Source of the DNA: an uncultured Barnesiella sp.
Lineage (GTDB): Bacteria; Bacteroidota; Bacteroidia; Bacteroidales; Barnesiellaceae_A
Direction: 5' to 3'
DNA length: 64,000 nucleotides
Assembly (NCBI GenBank): GCA_944321085.1
Contig: CALUJY010000006.1
Coordinates: 12,103 to 76,102, forward strand
Under the pieces are notes generated by a model. It did no database searches. It was not told the DNA's origin and worked only from the letters and a program-made list of their open reading frames with translations. The translations under genes and the position numbers were made by a program. Of this stretch, positions 49,134 to 59,232 are shown one piece after another; within the stretch, counting starts at the first letter, position 1, and every line of letters starts with the position of its first letter.

Positions 49134-49469
49134 ATGGAGACAACACGACAAAATAAAATAAGCCGTTTGCTGCAAAAGGAGCTGAGCGAGATTTTTTTGG
49201 CACAGACGCGCAAGACGCATGGAACAATCGTATCGGTGAGTATCGTACGTATCAGTCCCGACCTGAGTATCGCCAAAGTTTATTTGAGCATATTCCCCTC
49301 TGAGAAGGCGCAAGCCACCATAGACTCGATAAATGCGTCGGCGCGTGAAATCCGCTATGAGTTGGCGCAAAAGGTACGTTTCCAGTTGCGCAAGATACCC
49401 GAATTGCGGTTCTATCTGGATGATTCGCTCGACTATATAGATAAGATCGACAATCTGTTGCATCAGTAA
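49134..49469 (+). CDS. rbfA: Ribosome-binding factor A
   Basis: RQNKISRLLQKELSEIF...VSIVRISPDLSIAKVYLS...LRKIPELRFYLDDS. -7 box TACATTTG at 49113-49120. Confidence 0.9.
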   Translation: METTRQNKISRLLQKELSEIFLAQTRKTHGTIVSVSIVRISPDLSIAKVYLSIFPSEKAQATIDSINASAREIRYELAQKVRFQLRKIPELRFYLDDSLDYIDKIDNLLHQ

Positions 49470-49478
49470 GCGAGCGGC

Positions 49479-50687
49479 ATGATTCTGTCACTGCGTATAG
49501 CGGCGCGCTATCTCTTCTCTAAAAAATCGCATAGCGCAATCAATGTCATTTCCATCATTTCGGTGTGTGGAGTGGCAATCATCACGGCTGCGCTTATTTG
49601 TACGCTCTCGGTCTATAACGGTTTTTCTCACCTGATAGGTTCGTTGCTCTCTGAGATACAACCCGACGTAAAGATATTGCCGGCTTCGGGCAAGACCCTC
49701 GACGGCAACGGTGCTGTGTGGGACGAGATTGCGGCGTGGGACGATGTGGCGTTATTGTCGCCTGTAATAGAAGAGACGGCTCTTGCGGTCTATGACAGGC
49801 AGTTGCAGGTAACGGTCAAAGGCATTCCCGACAATTATAACGAGCTGACGGGGCTCACCCATACGATTGTGACAGGAAATTATCTTTTGCGCGACAGCAT
49901 CGTTTCGTATGCCATTATAGGAGCCGGTGTGGCAGTGCGCCTCGAAGCCGGTGTCGCTTATTCTCGGCCGATAGAGCTGTATGCTCCGCATCGCCGGGGA
50001 CGTGTCAATATTGCCAATCCGGCAACATCGTTTACCTCGCGTCGCTTTTTTGTATCGTCGGTGTTCTATTCCAATCAAGCTCCTTACGACGACAATGTGG
50101 TATATATTCCTATCGACGAGGCGCGTGCCTTGTTCGACTATCCCACGGAAGCCACTGCCATAGAGTTGCGTTGTGCCGATGGCTCGTCAGTAGAGCGTGT
50201 GGTGCAGCAACTCGAAAAAAAATTGGGGAGCGACTATGTGGTGCAAGACCGTTATAAACAAAATGGCGAGTCGTTTCGCTGGATGCAGATAGAGAAATGG
50301 ATTACGTTCCTTATTCTTGCTTTTATTCTGTTGATAGCAGCTTTCAATATCGTAGGGGCTTTATCGATGCTTATTGTAGATAAAAAAGAGAATATAGCGA
50401 CGCTGCGAAACCTCGGAGCCGATGACCGACTGATTGTGCGCATCTTTATGACCGAGGGGTGGCTTATCTCTATGATAGGAGCATTGTCGGGACTTGTGAT
50501 AGGCGTGTTGTTATGCTGGCTGCAACAAGAGTTCGGACTGTTGCGACTGGGTGATTCGGGTGCGTTTATCGTCGAAGCCTATCCGGTGAAGTTGGAGTGG
50601 GGCGATACACTTGCTGTGACGGCGGTAGTGCTATTGTTGGGAATGCTCACAGCGAGTTTCCCGGCACGCATGTTGCGCCGCAAATAG
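49479..50687 (+). CDS. FtsX-like ABC transporter permease (LolC/E-like)
   Basis: N-terminal TM, large periplasmic loop and three C-terminal TM segments with the FtsX pattern (ILLIAAFNIVGALSMLIVDKKENIATLRNLGA). Confidence 0.8.
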   Translation: MILSLRIAARYLFSKKSHSAINVISIISVCGVAIITAALICTLSVYNGFSHLIGSLLSEIQPDVKILPASGKTLDGNGAVWDEIAAWDDVALLSPVIEETALAVYDRQLQVTVKGIPDNYNELTGLTHTIVTGNYLLRDSIVSYAIIGAGVAVRLEAGVAYSRPIELYAPHRRGRVNIANPATSFTSRRFFVSSVFYSNQAPYDDNVVYIPIDEARALFDYPTEATAIELRCADGSSVERVVQQLEKKLGSDYVVQDRYKQNGESFRWMQIEKWITFLILAFILLIAAFNIVGALSMLIVDKKENIATLRNLGADDRLIVRIFMTEGWLISMIGALSGLVIGVLLCWLQQEFGLLRLGDSGAFIVEAYPVKLEWGDTLAVTAVVLLLGMLTASFPARMLRRK

Positions 50688-50812
50688 TTAGGTTTATGTG
50701 CGATAGCACAGGTGGGGGCAATCTATTTTCGGATAAATCAGTATGCCGCTTGTCAAAAAAATTAGGTGATACGCTGTTTGTTGTGTATCAAGAATATTTT
50801 CTGAATAATAAT

Positions 50813-50860
50813 AATATTCCCCGGCGACTCGTTTACAGCGGTCGCCGGGGAATATTGTTG
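50813..50860. terminator. Bidirectional terminator between the permease gene and the GH2 gene
   Basis: 16-bp perfect stem AATATTCCCCGGCGAC (50813-50828) pairs with GTCGCCGGGGAATATT (50841-50856), followed by GTTG. AT-rich flanks on both sides. Confidence 0.75.
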
Positions 50861-50874
50861 TGTGGTAGTGTACG

Positions 50875-53394
50875 TTACTGTGCCGTGATGGTTACATGAG
50901 CATCGGCAAGTCCGTCGGATGTAGCTGTCAGCGAGGCATCGCCTGTCGAGCCATTATTCTGCAATACTACTAAGCATTTGCCGTAGAAGGCTTTGCGATG
51001 ATTTGCTTTGAAACGTTCCATAGAGATGGGAGAGCCGTTATCGACGCCTGCTATAAAGGCATTACCTTCAACCTCGAAGAAAACCTCGTTTTCTGCAAGA
51101 GGACAGAGGTTTCCCTCTTTGTCGAGAATCTCCACGGTTACGAAACTCAGGTCGCGGCCGTCGGCATGTAGTGCAGAGCGGTCGGGCGTGAGCCGTATTT
51201 GAGCCGGTTCACCGGCTGTGCGGATGGTTTGCGAGAGTACCTCTTTACCGTCTTTTCGCGATACGACCTTGACTTCGCCCGGTTCAAAGGGTACGCGCCA
51301 TGTCACATGGTAGCAACCCGGTTCTTTCGAGCGAGTGTCCTGCGAAACGCCGTTTACCCATAATTCCACCTCGTCGGCCTGTCCGTAGTAGCACCATAGG
51401 TCAATCATTTCGCCCGCTTTGTGGTTCCAGTGCGGGAAGAGGTGCAATACCGGTTTGTCGGTCCATTCGCTTTGATACATATAATATATGTCTTTGGGGA
51501 ATCCGGCGAGGTCGATGATACCGAAGTATGAGCTGCGGGCGGGGAATCCGTAGGGAGTAGGTTCACCTATGTAGTCGAAACCTGTCCATATAAACAATCC
51601 GCTGATGAAATCGCGTTCCTTTACCATGCGCCACGTCTTTTCGTGGGTCGAGCCCCAAGGCACGTGGCAGTTGTCATACGATGAGCAGGCATACGTCTCG
51701 TTGTAGTAGGGCAAATCCCATCGTTCGGGGCAGATGTAAATGCTGTCGGAGGGCATGCGATAGTAGCCGCGTGTCATGATGGCCGAGGTTGCTTCGGTGA
51801 CGATAAACGGTTTGCCCGGGAAAAATTCCGGTACCGAGTCGAACCAGTCTTCGTGATAATTGTACCCGATGATGTCGAGCGATTCTGCGCGGAACAAGTG
51901 GCTATTAGGGCTGGGTTCGTTGTTACCTGTGGTAGTGGGACGCGTGTCGATGCTGTTGACAATTTCGCACAGGCGACGTGTCAACAAAGAGTTTACACTC
52001 AGACTGTCGCCCTTTTGTGCCAAAGCGTTGGGGTCTTTCTGGAAGTTGAGCAGCAGATTGGCTTCGGCGAGGTCGAGGGTATCGGCATTGATGTCGGTCC
52101 ATTGTTCCAGTACTTCGTTGCCGAGGCTCCACATAAATATCGATGGGTGGTTGCGGTCGCGCAATACAAGGTCGGTGAGGTCGCGTTCATACCATTCGTT
52201 GAAGAAGCGCGAATAGTCGTAGGTCGTTTTGCGTTTACGCCACATATCGAACGATTCGTCCATGACAATCAGTCCCATGCGGTCGCACAGGTCGAGGACT
52301 TCGGGGGCAGGCGGGTTATGCGAGCAACGATATGCGTTGCATCCCATTGCTTTCAGCATTTCTAACTGCCGTTCTATGGCGCGTTCATTGATGGCAGCGC
52401 CCAAGCAGCCTAAGTCGTGGTGCATGCACACACCCTTTATCTTTACCGGCTTTTCGTTGAGGAAGAAGCCCTTTTCGGCATCGAAACGGAACGTTCTGAT
52501 ACCCAGCGGGGTGTCGTAGCTATCTATCGTTTGGCCGTCGACGATGAGTTGTGTCCGCACGGTATAAAGGTAGGGTTCCTCGACCGACCAGCGGTGCGGC
52601 GTTTTCAGAGTGAGTTGCAAACTGCTCTCGGCGGTGGTATCGGCAGGAAGTACCATGAGGCCGTCGGTATAGGCCACAGTTCGGCCGTCGGCATCGAGTA
52701 TATAGTGGGCAATTTCTACTTCGGCATCCTCTTGCGAGCTATTGCGCAGGCGTGTTGCCACATCGACCGTTGCTCGCGAGTTGCTTATTTCGGGCGTAGT
52801 GACATAAGTCCCCCACAAGTCGACGTGTATGGGGGCGACCGTTACCATCCACACATGGCGGTATATGCCGCAGCCGCTATACCAACGAGAGTTGGGTTGT
52901 TCCGAGTTGTCTACGCGTACGGCTACGACATTCTCGCCTTCATGCAGATAGGGCGTGATGTCGCGGCGAAACGATATGTATCCGTAGGGGCGAATGCCGG
53001 TGGAGTGTCCGTTGATGAATACCTCCGACAACATATATACTCCGTCGAAGTCGAGATAGACGCGTTTGCCTGAGGCAAGCAGTGAGCTGTCGATGTCGAA
53101 ATGTTTGCGATACCATCCTATACCGCCGGGTAATGCGCCGCCACCGGGGCCTGATGGGTTGTCGGCCGAAAAATCGCCCTCGATAGCCCAGTCGTGGGGC
53201 AGGTTGAGCTGCCGCCATGAGCTGTCGTCGAACGAAAGTTGTTCGGCGTCTGCGGCTTCGCCTAAGTGGAAACGCCAATCGTTATCGAAGTTGTTGCGCA
53301 CTCTGGGCGATGGCGCGGGGTCGGGTAGTGACGAGCACGCTGTAATGAGACAGAGCGTCAAGATGGAAAATATTTTTCCGATTTGTACTTTCAT
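50875..53394 (-). CDS. Glycoside hydrolase family 2 (beta-galactosidase-like), lipoprotein
   Basis: Lipobox LITACS. NFDNDWRF, RCSHNPPAPEVLDLCDRMGLIVMDE and MWSLGNE (acid/base Glu context). 839 aa. Confidence 0.88.
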   Translation of the reverse strand: MKVQIGKIFSILTLCLITACSSLPDPAPSPRVRNNFDNDWRFHLGEAADAEQLSFDDSSWRQLNLPHDWAIEGDFSADNPSGPGGGALPGGIGWYRKHFDIDSSLLASGKRVYLDFDGVYMLSEVFINGHSTGIRPYGYISFRRDITPYLHEGENVVAVRVDNSEQPNSRWYSGCGIYRHVWMVTVAPIHVDLWGTYVTTPEISNSRATVDVATRLRNSSQEDAEVEIAHYILDADGRTVAYTDGLMVLPADTTAESSLQLTLKTPHRWSVEEPYLYTVRTQLIVDGQTIDSYDTPLGIRTFRFDAEKGFFLNEKPVKIKGVCMHHDLGCLGAAINERAIERQLEMLKAMGCNAYRCSHNPPAPEVLDLCDRMGLIVMDESFDMWRKRKTTYDYSRFFNEWYERDLTDLVLRDRNHPSIFMWSLGNEVLEQWTDINADTLDLAEANLLLNFQKDPNALAQKGDSLSVNSLLTRRLCEIVNSIDTRPTTTGNNEPSPNSHLFRAESLDIIGYNYHEDWFDSVPEFFPGKPFIVTEATSAIMTRGYYRMPSDSIYICPERWDLPYYNETYACSSYDNCHVPWGSTHEKTWRMVKERDFISGLFIWTGFDYIGEPTPYGFPARSSYFGIIDLAGFPKDIYYMYQSEWTDKPVLHLFPHWNHKAGEMIDLWCYYGQADEVELWVNGVSQDTRSKEPGCYHVTWRVPFEPGEVKVVSRKDGKEVLSQTIRTAGEPAQIRLTPDRSALHADGRDLSFVTVEILDKEGNLCPLAENEVFFEVEGNAFIAGVDNGSPISMERFKANHRKAFYGKCLVVLQNNGSTGDASLTATSDGLADAHVTITAQ

Positions 53395-53694
53395 AAGCGT
53401 TGCTGATTTAAGGTTATTTATGCAGGGTATTATATGTCAGAACCTGATAAAGCCGGGAGCAAAGCCGATTATTCATTGCATTGCCGAACCGAATCCTATA
53501 TTCTACAAATATACGAAACAATAGTTGAAATGACGGGCGTGTGAAACGTTTTTGTTTTTTATATCTGTTGTCCCGCATCTGTCATGGGAATATTCCGTCG
53601 GCAGTGTAAAAGGGTTGCAAAGGGTAAAAAGCGCGGTAGGTTTTGTTTTCTGTCGGCGTTTTGCATATCTTTGTTTGGTAAATATCAAAATAGC

Positions 53695-54630
53695 ATGACA
53701 CAAGGAGTAGTGGTAAAGAGTACCGGAAGTTGGTATACCGTGAAAACCGACGATGGCCGGCTTTTGGATTGCAAGGTGAAAGGCGTGTTTCGTTTGCGCG
53801 GCATTCGCAGTACGAATCCTGTTGCCGTGGGCGACCGTGTGCATGTGACGGTGAGACAAGATGGTTCGGCTTATATCAAAGAGGTGGAGACGAGACGCAA
53901 CTATATCGTGCGCCGAGCATCGAACTTGTCGAAAGAGAGTCATATCATCGCTGCCAATATAGACTTGGCCATGCTTATTATTACGGTAGAGCATCCGCGT
54001 ACCAACCTTATCTTCGTAGACCGTTTTTTGGCTACTGCCGAGGCTTATGGCGTACCTGCCTCTATTGTTATAAACAAGAGCGACCTTTATGAAGGTGATG
54101 TCATGGAATATGCTCTCGGCATCAAACATTTGTATAATACGGTAGGATATGCGACCGAGCTTGTGTCGGCGGCGACAAACGAAGGGTTGGATTGGGTCAG
54201 AGAGCAGTTGCGCAATAAACTCACCCTTTTTTCGGGAAACTCCGGCGTGGGGAAATCTTCGTTGATAAACAGGCTTATCCCGGGGCTGAATCTGAAAACC
54301 GGCGAGCTCTCGGTGCTGCACGATATGGGAATGCACACCACGACTTATTCTGAGATGTACCCTTTGCCCGAAGGTGGATATATCATAGATACGCCCGGTA
54401 TCAAAGGCTTCGGTACTATCGACTTCGACCCTGCTACGGTAGCACACTATTTCCCCGAGATTTTTGCCATTTCGCACGATTGCCGTTTCAATAATTGCAC
54501 GCATCGCAACGAACCCGGTTGTGCCGTATTGAAAGCATTAGAAAAGCACTATATCAGCGAGTCGCGCTATGCTTCTTATCTGAGTATCATAGAAGACCAC
54601 GAAGAGGGTAAGTACCGCACCGGGTATTAG
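53695..54630 (+). CDS. rsgA: Ribosome small-subunit-dependent GTPase A
   Basis: Trimmed to MTQGVVVKSTGSWYTV at 53695 (-7 box TATCTTTG at 53666-53673). G motifs NKSDL, GNSGVGKSSLINRL and DTPG. Zinc knuckle CRFNNCTHRNEPGCAV. Confidence 0.92.
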   Translation: MTQGVVVKSTGSWYTVKTDDGRLLDCKVKGVFRLRGIRSTNPVAVGDRVHVTVRQDGSAYIKEVETRRNYIVRRASNLSKESHIIAANIDLAMLIITVEHPRTNLIFVDRFLATAEAYGVPASIVINKSDLYEGDVMEYALGIKHLYNTVGYATELVSAATNEGLDWVREQLRNKLTLFSGNSGVGKSSLINRLIPGLNLKTGELSVLHDMGMHTTTYSEMYPLPEGGYIIDTPGIKGFGTIDFDPATVAHYFPEIFAISHDCRFNNCTHRNEPGCAVLKALEKHYISESRYASYLSIIEDHEEGKYRTGY

Positions 54631-54749
54631 TCTGTTGTATTGTAGAGCTGTTAAGAGCACGGGAGAAGGTTGTCAGGCGCCGGCCTCCTTGTTTCCTGTC
54701 GGTGACCCCTGATAGTCGCAGGAATATATGTCGCGGTTGGGGTAGGTAT

Positions 54750-54784
54750 AAAAAAAAGAGTCGCTACCCGATAGGTAACGGCTC
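54750..54784 (-). terminator. Rho-independent terminator after the small Cys-rich lipoprotein gene
   Basis: Minus strand reads GAGCCGTTACC-TATCG-GGTAGCGACTC (11-bp stem with one mismatch and one G-U pair), followed by TTTTTTTT. Confidence 0.7.
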
Positions 54785-54807
54785 AACTTCCTTTGTGTCT
54801 GTCGCAA

Positions 54808-55032
54808 TTATTCAGCAACAACAGCAGCCGAGTCGGTAGCAGCTACTTCTGCGCCGCAATTGCCGGTGCAAGAATCGCAAGCGCAAGAATCGCAAGCGCA
54901 AGCAACTTCTTCTACAACAGTTTCAACAGCTACAGTGTCTTCTGTAGCTTCTGTAGCTTCACTTGTTTTGTTTGTACAAGCAGCCAACGAAACTGCGCAT
55001 GCAACAGCGAAGAATAAGACTAACTTTTTCAT
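54808..55032 (-). CDS. Small acidic lipoprotein with a C-terminal cysteine cluster, function unknown
   Basis: 74 aa: MKKLVLFFAVACAVSLAAC (lipobox), then an Ala/Glu/Thr/Val-rich acidic stretch, then CACDSCACDSCTGNC. Own -7 box TACCTTTG (plus-strand 55082-55089) and own terminator. Confidence 0.6.
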   Translation of the reverse strand: MKKLVLFFAVACAVSLAACTNKTSEATEATEDTVAVETVVEEVACACDSCACDSCTGNCGAEVAATDSAAVVAE

Positions 55033-55175
55033 TTCTGTTTAATTAAAGATAAAACAATAACTTGTAGTTTCAAAAACGCCTCAAAGGTAGATATTATTTT
55101 TTTAATATATATCAACCTTATGTGGTTTTTTTTGTCAATATCTATAAAAAAATGGTTTTCTGCCTTGTGCGGAGG

Positions 55176-56837
55176 CTATTTACTGTACAAATAACGCTTT
55201 ATACTCCGTTTGGGGGTCTTTTCAAACTCGTCGCGATGGATTTCTATGGCGGCGATTTTCTCGTAGGGAGCTACTATCGTATTTACTTCCAAGCGGTTTT
55301 TTTCCATGATTTCGTCGAGTTGGCTCTCTTCCAATTCGTCGGCGCTCAGTGCTTCGTAGTCGGGTACGACAAGTGCAATGAGCTTGCTGTCGCGTTCTAC
55401 GATGAGACTTTCGGCAACATAAGGCATGTTGTTGAATTTCGCCTCGATAATTTCGGGATATATATTTTGTCCGTTTGCGCCGAGGAGCATGGTTTTGCTT
55501 CGTCCCTTTATAAATATAGTCCCGTCGTGGCTGATGCTGCCCACGTCGCCGGTATGTAACCACCCTTCGCTATCGATGACTTCGCGCGTCGCTTGCTCGT
55601 TTTTGTAATATCCTATCATGACATGTTCGCCGCGTACACATATTTCGCCGGTGCCGTCGGTATTGTTGTCGGGGATTATCTTGGTCTCTACATAGCCGTG
55701 CAGGGTGCGTCCCGACGAAAAGGCGAGAAATTCGCGGTGTGGAGTGTAGCTGATAAGTGGAGCACACTCGGTCATGCCGTAGCCTACGGTGAAGGGGAAT
55801 TTTATTTTGCGCAAAAATGTCTCAACCTCGGCATTGAGGGGGGCGCCGCCTACGATGACCTCTTCAAAAGTTCCGCCTAATGCTTGTATGAGTTTATTAT
55901 TTATTCGGTTGAAAATAATTTTGTTCAGTCCCGGTATGCGCAGGGCGATACGCATGGCGGGTTTGTTGATGAGTGGTTGCAGTTGCTTGCGGTATATCTT
56001 TTCCAAAACGAGAGGCACGCAGATAATGAGGTGAGGTTTCACCTCGGCAAGTGCTTTTACCAATATCTTGGGCGACGGTATTCTGCCCAGTACGGTGATG
56101 TGCGAGCCTACTGCCAGCGGTACGAGAAAGTCGAAGGCGCAGCCGTAGGCATGTGCCAAAGGCAGGAACGAGAGGCAGCGGCTGCCGCGATAATGTAGGT
56201 GTGAACGGATGCCGAACATCACATTGCCGGCAAAGTTGTTGCCCGAGAGCATGACACCTTTGCTGAATCCGGTGGTGCCCGATGTGTAGTTGATAACGGC
56301 AAGTTCTTCGTTACTGTTGTCGGCATATACCACATCGTCGGGTGTAAAGCCTGCGGGGTAAGTTTTTGCAAAGGCATCGGCAAGGCTGGTGAGGTATAGG
56401 TCTATCTTTTCGCCGTCGCGTTGGAAGAGGCATCCCGAGTTGTCTATCGATATGACGGCTCTCGTCTGGGTGAGTGATGTCGCGTCGATATGTGCCCATA
56501 TCGAGTCGTTGATAAAAAGAAGAACAGAGTCGGAGTGGTTGACGATATGGCAAATATCTTGCGGGTTGAAGTCTTGTAATATAGGTACAAGAACAGCTCC
56601 ATAGGTAATAGTTGCTATATATATAATGCACCATTGCGGAGTGTTTTTCCCAACAAGGGCTATTTTATCGCCCTTCTTGATACCGCATTGGCGCAGCAGG
56701 ATGTGTACCTTGGCAATCTCCTCGGCCAGCTCTTTATAAAGTAAAGTGCTTTTTGTGTTGTAGTCGGTAAGAGCAGGTAAATCCCAGTTGTTGCGGAAAC
56801 TATCCTCGTAAATTTGTATAAAACGTTCTTCTATCAT
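55176..56837 (-). CDS. Long-chain fatty-acid--CoA ligase (AMP-binding enzyme)
   Basis: AMP-binding signature YTSGTTGFSKGVMLS, TVGYGMTE and GWLHTGDVG...IFIKGRSK. Confidence 0.88.
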   Translation of the reverse strand: MIEERFIQIYEDSFRNNWDLPALTDYNTKSTLLYKELAEEIAKVHILLRQCGIKKGDKIALVGKNTPQWCIIYIATITYGAVLVPILQDFNPQDICHIVNHSDSVLLFINDSIWAHIDATSLTQTRAVISIDNSGCLFQRDGEKIDLYLTSLADAFAKTYPAGFTPDDVVYADNSNEELAVINYTSGTTGFSKGVMLSGNNFAGNVMFGIRSHLHYRGSRCLSFLPLAHAYGCAFDFLVPLAVGSHITVLGRIPSPKILVKALAEVKPHLIICVPLVLEKIYRKQLQPLINKPAMRIALRIPGLNKIIFNRINNKLIQALGGTFEEVIVGGAPLNAEVETFLRKIKFPFTVGYGMTECAPLISYTPHREFLAFSSGRTLHGYVETKIIPDNNTDGTGEICVRGEHVMIGYYKNEQATREVIDSEGWLHTGDVGSISHDGTIFIKGRSKTMLLGANGQNIYPEIIEAKFNNMPYVAESLIVERDSKLIALVVPDYEALSADELEESQLDEIMEKNRLEVNTIVAPYEKIAAIEIHRDEFEKTPKRSIKRYLYSK

Positions 56838-56998
56838 ATTGATTTAGTTCAGTTCTTCGTTCAAGTTTTTGTGATATTTCGGAGCGCAAAAATAAGGAAA
56901 GTTTTTAGTTTTAAGTGATTGATAAGCTAACTATTCGTCTTTTCAGGTATATTTTAAGCACAAAATGCCTACCTTTGGGCAAAATTTCATGGCGTGAA

Positions 56999-58315
56999 AT
57001 GATAGATAACACTGTTTTTCAGAATAAGACTGCCGTTTATTATACGTTGGGTTGTAAGCTCAACTTTGCCGAAACATCTACTTTGGGACAGATGCTTGCC
57101 GAGCAAGGCATCAGGAAAGCGCGACCCGGCGAACGTGCCGATTTATGTGTGATAAACACCTGTTCTGTTACCGAGCTTGCCGACAAAAAGTGCCGTCAGG
57201 CGATACGCCGTATTGCCCGCAAGCATCCCGACGCTTATGTTGTGGTGACAGGATGTTATGCACAGTTGAAGAGCGACGAGGTAGCCTCGATGCCCGAGGT
57301 GGATTTGGTGTTGGGCGCTGAGCAGAAATTAGACCTGCCCAAGTATCTGTCATTGTTGATGAAAGAGGAACATGATACCTATATCGTCACGCCGTGGAAA
57401 GAGATAACCGCCTTTTCGCCCTCTTGCTCGCGAGGCGACCGCACTCGTTATTTCTTGAAAGTACAAGACGGATGCGATTATTTTTGTACCTATTGCACCA
57501 TCCCTATGGCGCGGGGACGCAGCCGAAGCGGTACGGTGGAACAGCTTACCCGACAGGTGCGACAGGTAGCTGCCGAAGGCGGGAAAGAGATTGTCATTAC
57601 AGGTGTCAACATAGGCGATTTCGGTAAGCGCAATGGCGAGACGTTTCTTTCTCTTATAAAGTCGCTCGACGAAGTGGAGGGAATAGAGCGTTACCGCATC
57701 TCTTCTATCGAACCCGATTTGCTTACCGATGAGGTAATTGCTTTTGTAGCTTCTTCCAAACGATTCTGCCCGCATTTCCACATTCCGTTGCAATCGGGTA
57801 GCGACTCCGTTTTGCGACTGATGCGGCGACATTACGATACGGCTCTTTTTGCCGACAAGGTAGCTGCCATCAAGCGGTATATGCCTCATGCCTTTATCGG
57901 GGTGGATGTCATTGCCGGTATGAGCGGCGAGACCGATGCGCTTTTTGAGGAGGGTTATCGTTTTATCGCTTCGCTCGATGTCTCGCAATTGCATGTCTTT
58001 ACATACTCCGAGCGACCTAATACCCGTGCGCTTGCCATAGAACCCGTTGTCGATGTGCATCTGCGTCACGAACGATGCAATCGGTTGATACAGCTTTCGG
58101 AGCAAAAACTGCATGATTTTTATGCACACTATGTAGGAAGTGTTCGGCAAGTCCTTTTTGAGCAGCCAGTCAAGGGGCATCCCATGCATGGCTTTACTGA
58201 TAACTACATTCGGGTGGAAATGCCTGTTGAGGCAGGTGCTGTCAACACGGTACGCACGGTCTTGTTGGGCGAGAGCAATGAGCAAGGCGATGCCCTTACC
58301 GCGCGTTTTATATAG
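56999..58315 (+). CDS. mtaB: tRNA (t6A37) methylthiotransferase MtaB (radical SAM)
   Basis: Trimmed to the ATG at 56999 (-7 box TACCTTTG at 56970-56977). UPF0004 N-domain YTLGCKLNFAE, radical-SAM CDYFCTYC and a TRAM-like C-terminus. Confidence 0.85.
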   Translation: MIDNTVFQNKTAVYYTLGCKLNFAETSTLGQMLAEQGIRKARPGERADLCVINTCSVTELADKKCRQAIRRIARKHPDAYVVVTGCYAQLKSDEVASMPEVDLVLGAEQKLDLPKYLSLLMKEEHDTYIVTPWKEITAFSPSCSRGDRTRYFLKVQDGCDYFCTYCTIPMARGRSRSGTVEQLTRQVRQVAAEGGKEIVITGVNIGDFGKRNGETFLSLIKSLDEVEGIERYRISSIEPDLLTDEVIAFVASSKRFCPHFHIPLQSGSDSVLRLMRRHYDTALFADKVAAIKRYMPHAFIGVDVIAGMSGETDALFEEGYRFIASLDVSQLHVFTYSERPNTRALAIEPVVDVHLRHERCNRLIQLSEQKLHDFYAHYVGSVRQVLFEQPVKGHPMHGFTDNYIRVEMPVEAGAVNTVRTVLLGESNEQGDALTARFI

Positions 58316-58323
58316 TAGACGAT

Positions 58324-59226
58324 ATGAAGTATATAGTAGAAAATATGGTATATTATTTGCTCTATGGCTTGTTGTATATGTTGGCGTTGTTGCCGTGGAC
58401 ATTGTTATACCTGCTGAGCGATGCGTTATATTATATAGTATATTATATAATAAGGTATAGGCGCAAGGTGGTGCGCGAGAATCTTGCTATGGCTTTCCCT
58501 GAGAAAGACGAGCGAGAGCGCCGTGACATTGAACGCCGTTTCTTCCGTTTCCTTACCGATTATGTTGTGGAGACCATCAAACTTATGCATATCAGCGATG
58601 CCGAAATGAAGCGACGCATGCGTTTCGAGAACGGCGAACTGATAGACCGTTTGACGGGTGAAGGCCGGTCGGTCATATTGCTACTGGGGCACTATGGTAA
58701 TTGGGAGTGGATACCGTCGCTTACCATGTGGTGCGACAATAGCCGTTTTGCGGGCGGGCAGATATATCGTCCGTTGCTTAATCGTTGTTTCGACCGTCTG
58801 TTTCTGCATCTGCGCACTCGGTTTGGCACCGAGTGTATTCCCAAAAAAGATACTTTGCGTGTATTGTTGCAGCATAAGCGTGCCGGAAAGCCCTTTGTAA
58901 CGGGCTTTATGGCCGACCAAACCCCTTCGCCTGCCAATATTCATCATTGGGTGATGTTTATGGGGATGCCTACACCAGTACTTACGGGATATGAAACATT
59001 GGCACGCAAGCTCGATGCCGCTGTTGTATATGTCGATGTGGAGCTGTTGTCGCGAGGCCGTTACAAAGCTACGTTCAAGCTGGTCGATGAGCATCCTGTC
59101 GATACCGACGGTTTCCCTATTGCCGACCGCTATATGGAAGCTATGGAACAAACCATTTGCCGTGCGCCTCACGCATGGTTGTGGACGCATAAAAGATGGA
59201 AACATTCTCATTTGTTTGTAAAATAA
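58324..59226 (+). CDS. Lipid A / lysophospholipid acyltransferase (LpxL/HtrB family)
   Basis: N-terminal TM, LLGHYGNWEW (HX4-type acyltransferase motif context) and WLWTHKRWK at the C-terminus, as in late acyltransferases. Confidence 0.78.
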   Translation: MKYIVENMVYYLLYGLLYMLALLPWTLLYLLSDALYYIVYYIIRYRRKVVRENLAMAFPEKDERERRDIERRFFRFLTDYVVETIKLMHISDAEMKRRMRFENGELIDRLTGEGRSVILLLGHYGNWEWIPSLTMWCDNSRFAGGQIYRPLLNRCFDRLFLHLRTRFGTECIPKKDTLRVLLQHKRAGKPFVTGFMADQTPSPANIHHWVMFMGMPTPVLTGYETLARKLDAAVVYVDVELLSRGRYKATFKLVDEHPVDTDGFPIADRYMEAMEQTICRAPHAWLWTHKRWKHSHLFVK

Positions 59227-59232
59227 TGCGAT

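Noticed and set aside
53503-54504. 333-aa ORF on the minus strand
   Set aside because: Antisense to rsgA, which has clear GTPase and zinc-knuckle motifs. The sequence is not protein-like.
57350-58402. 350-aa ORF on the minus strand
   Set aside because: Antisense to mtaB, whose radical-SAM motifs are clear. The translation has no motifs or signal and no promoter box.
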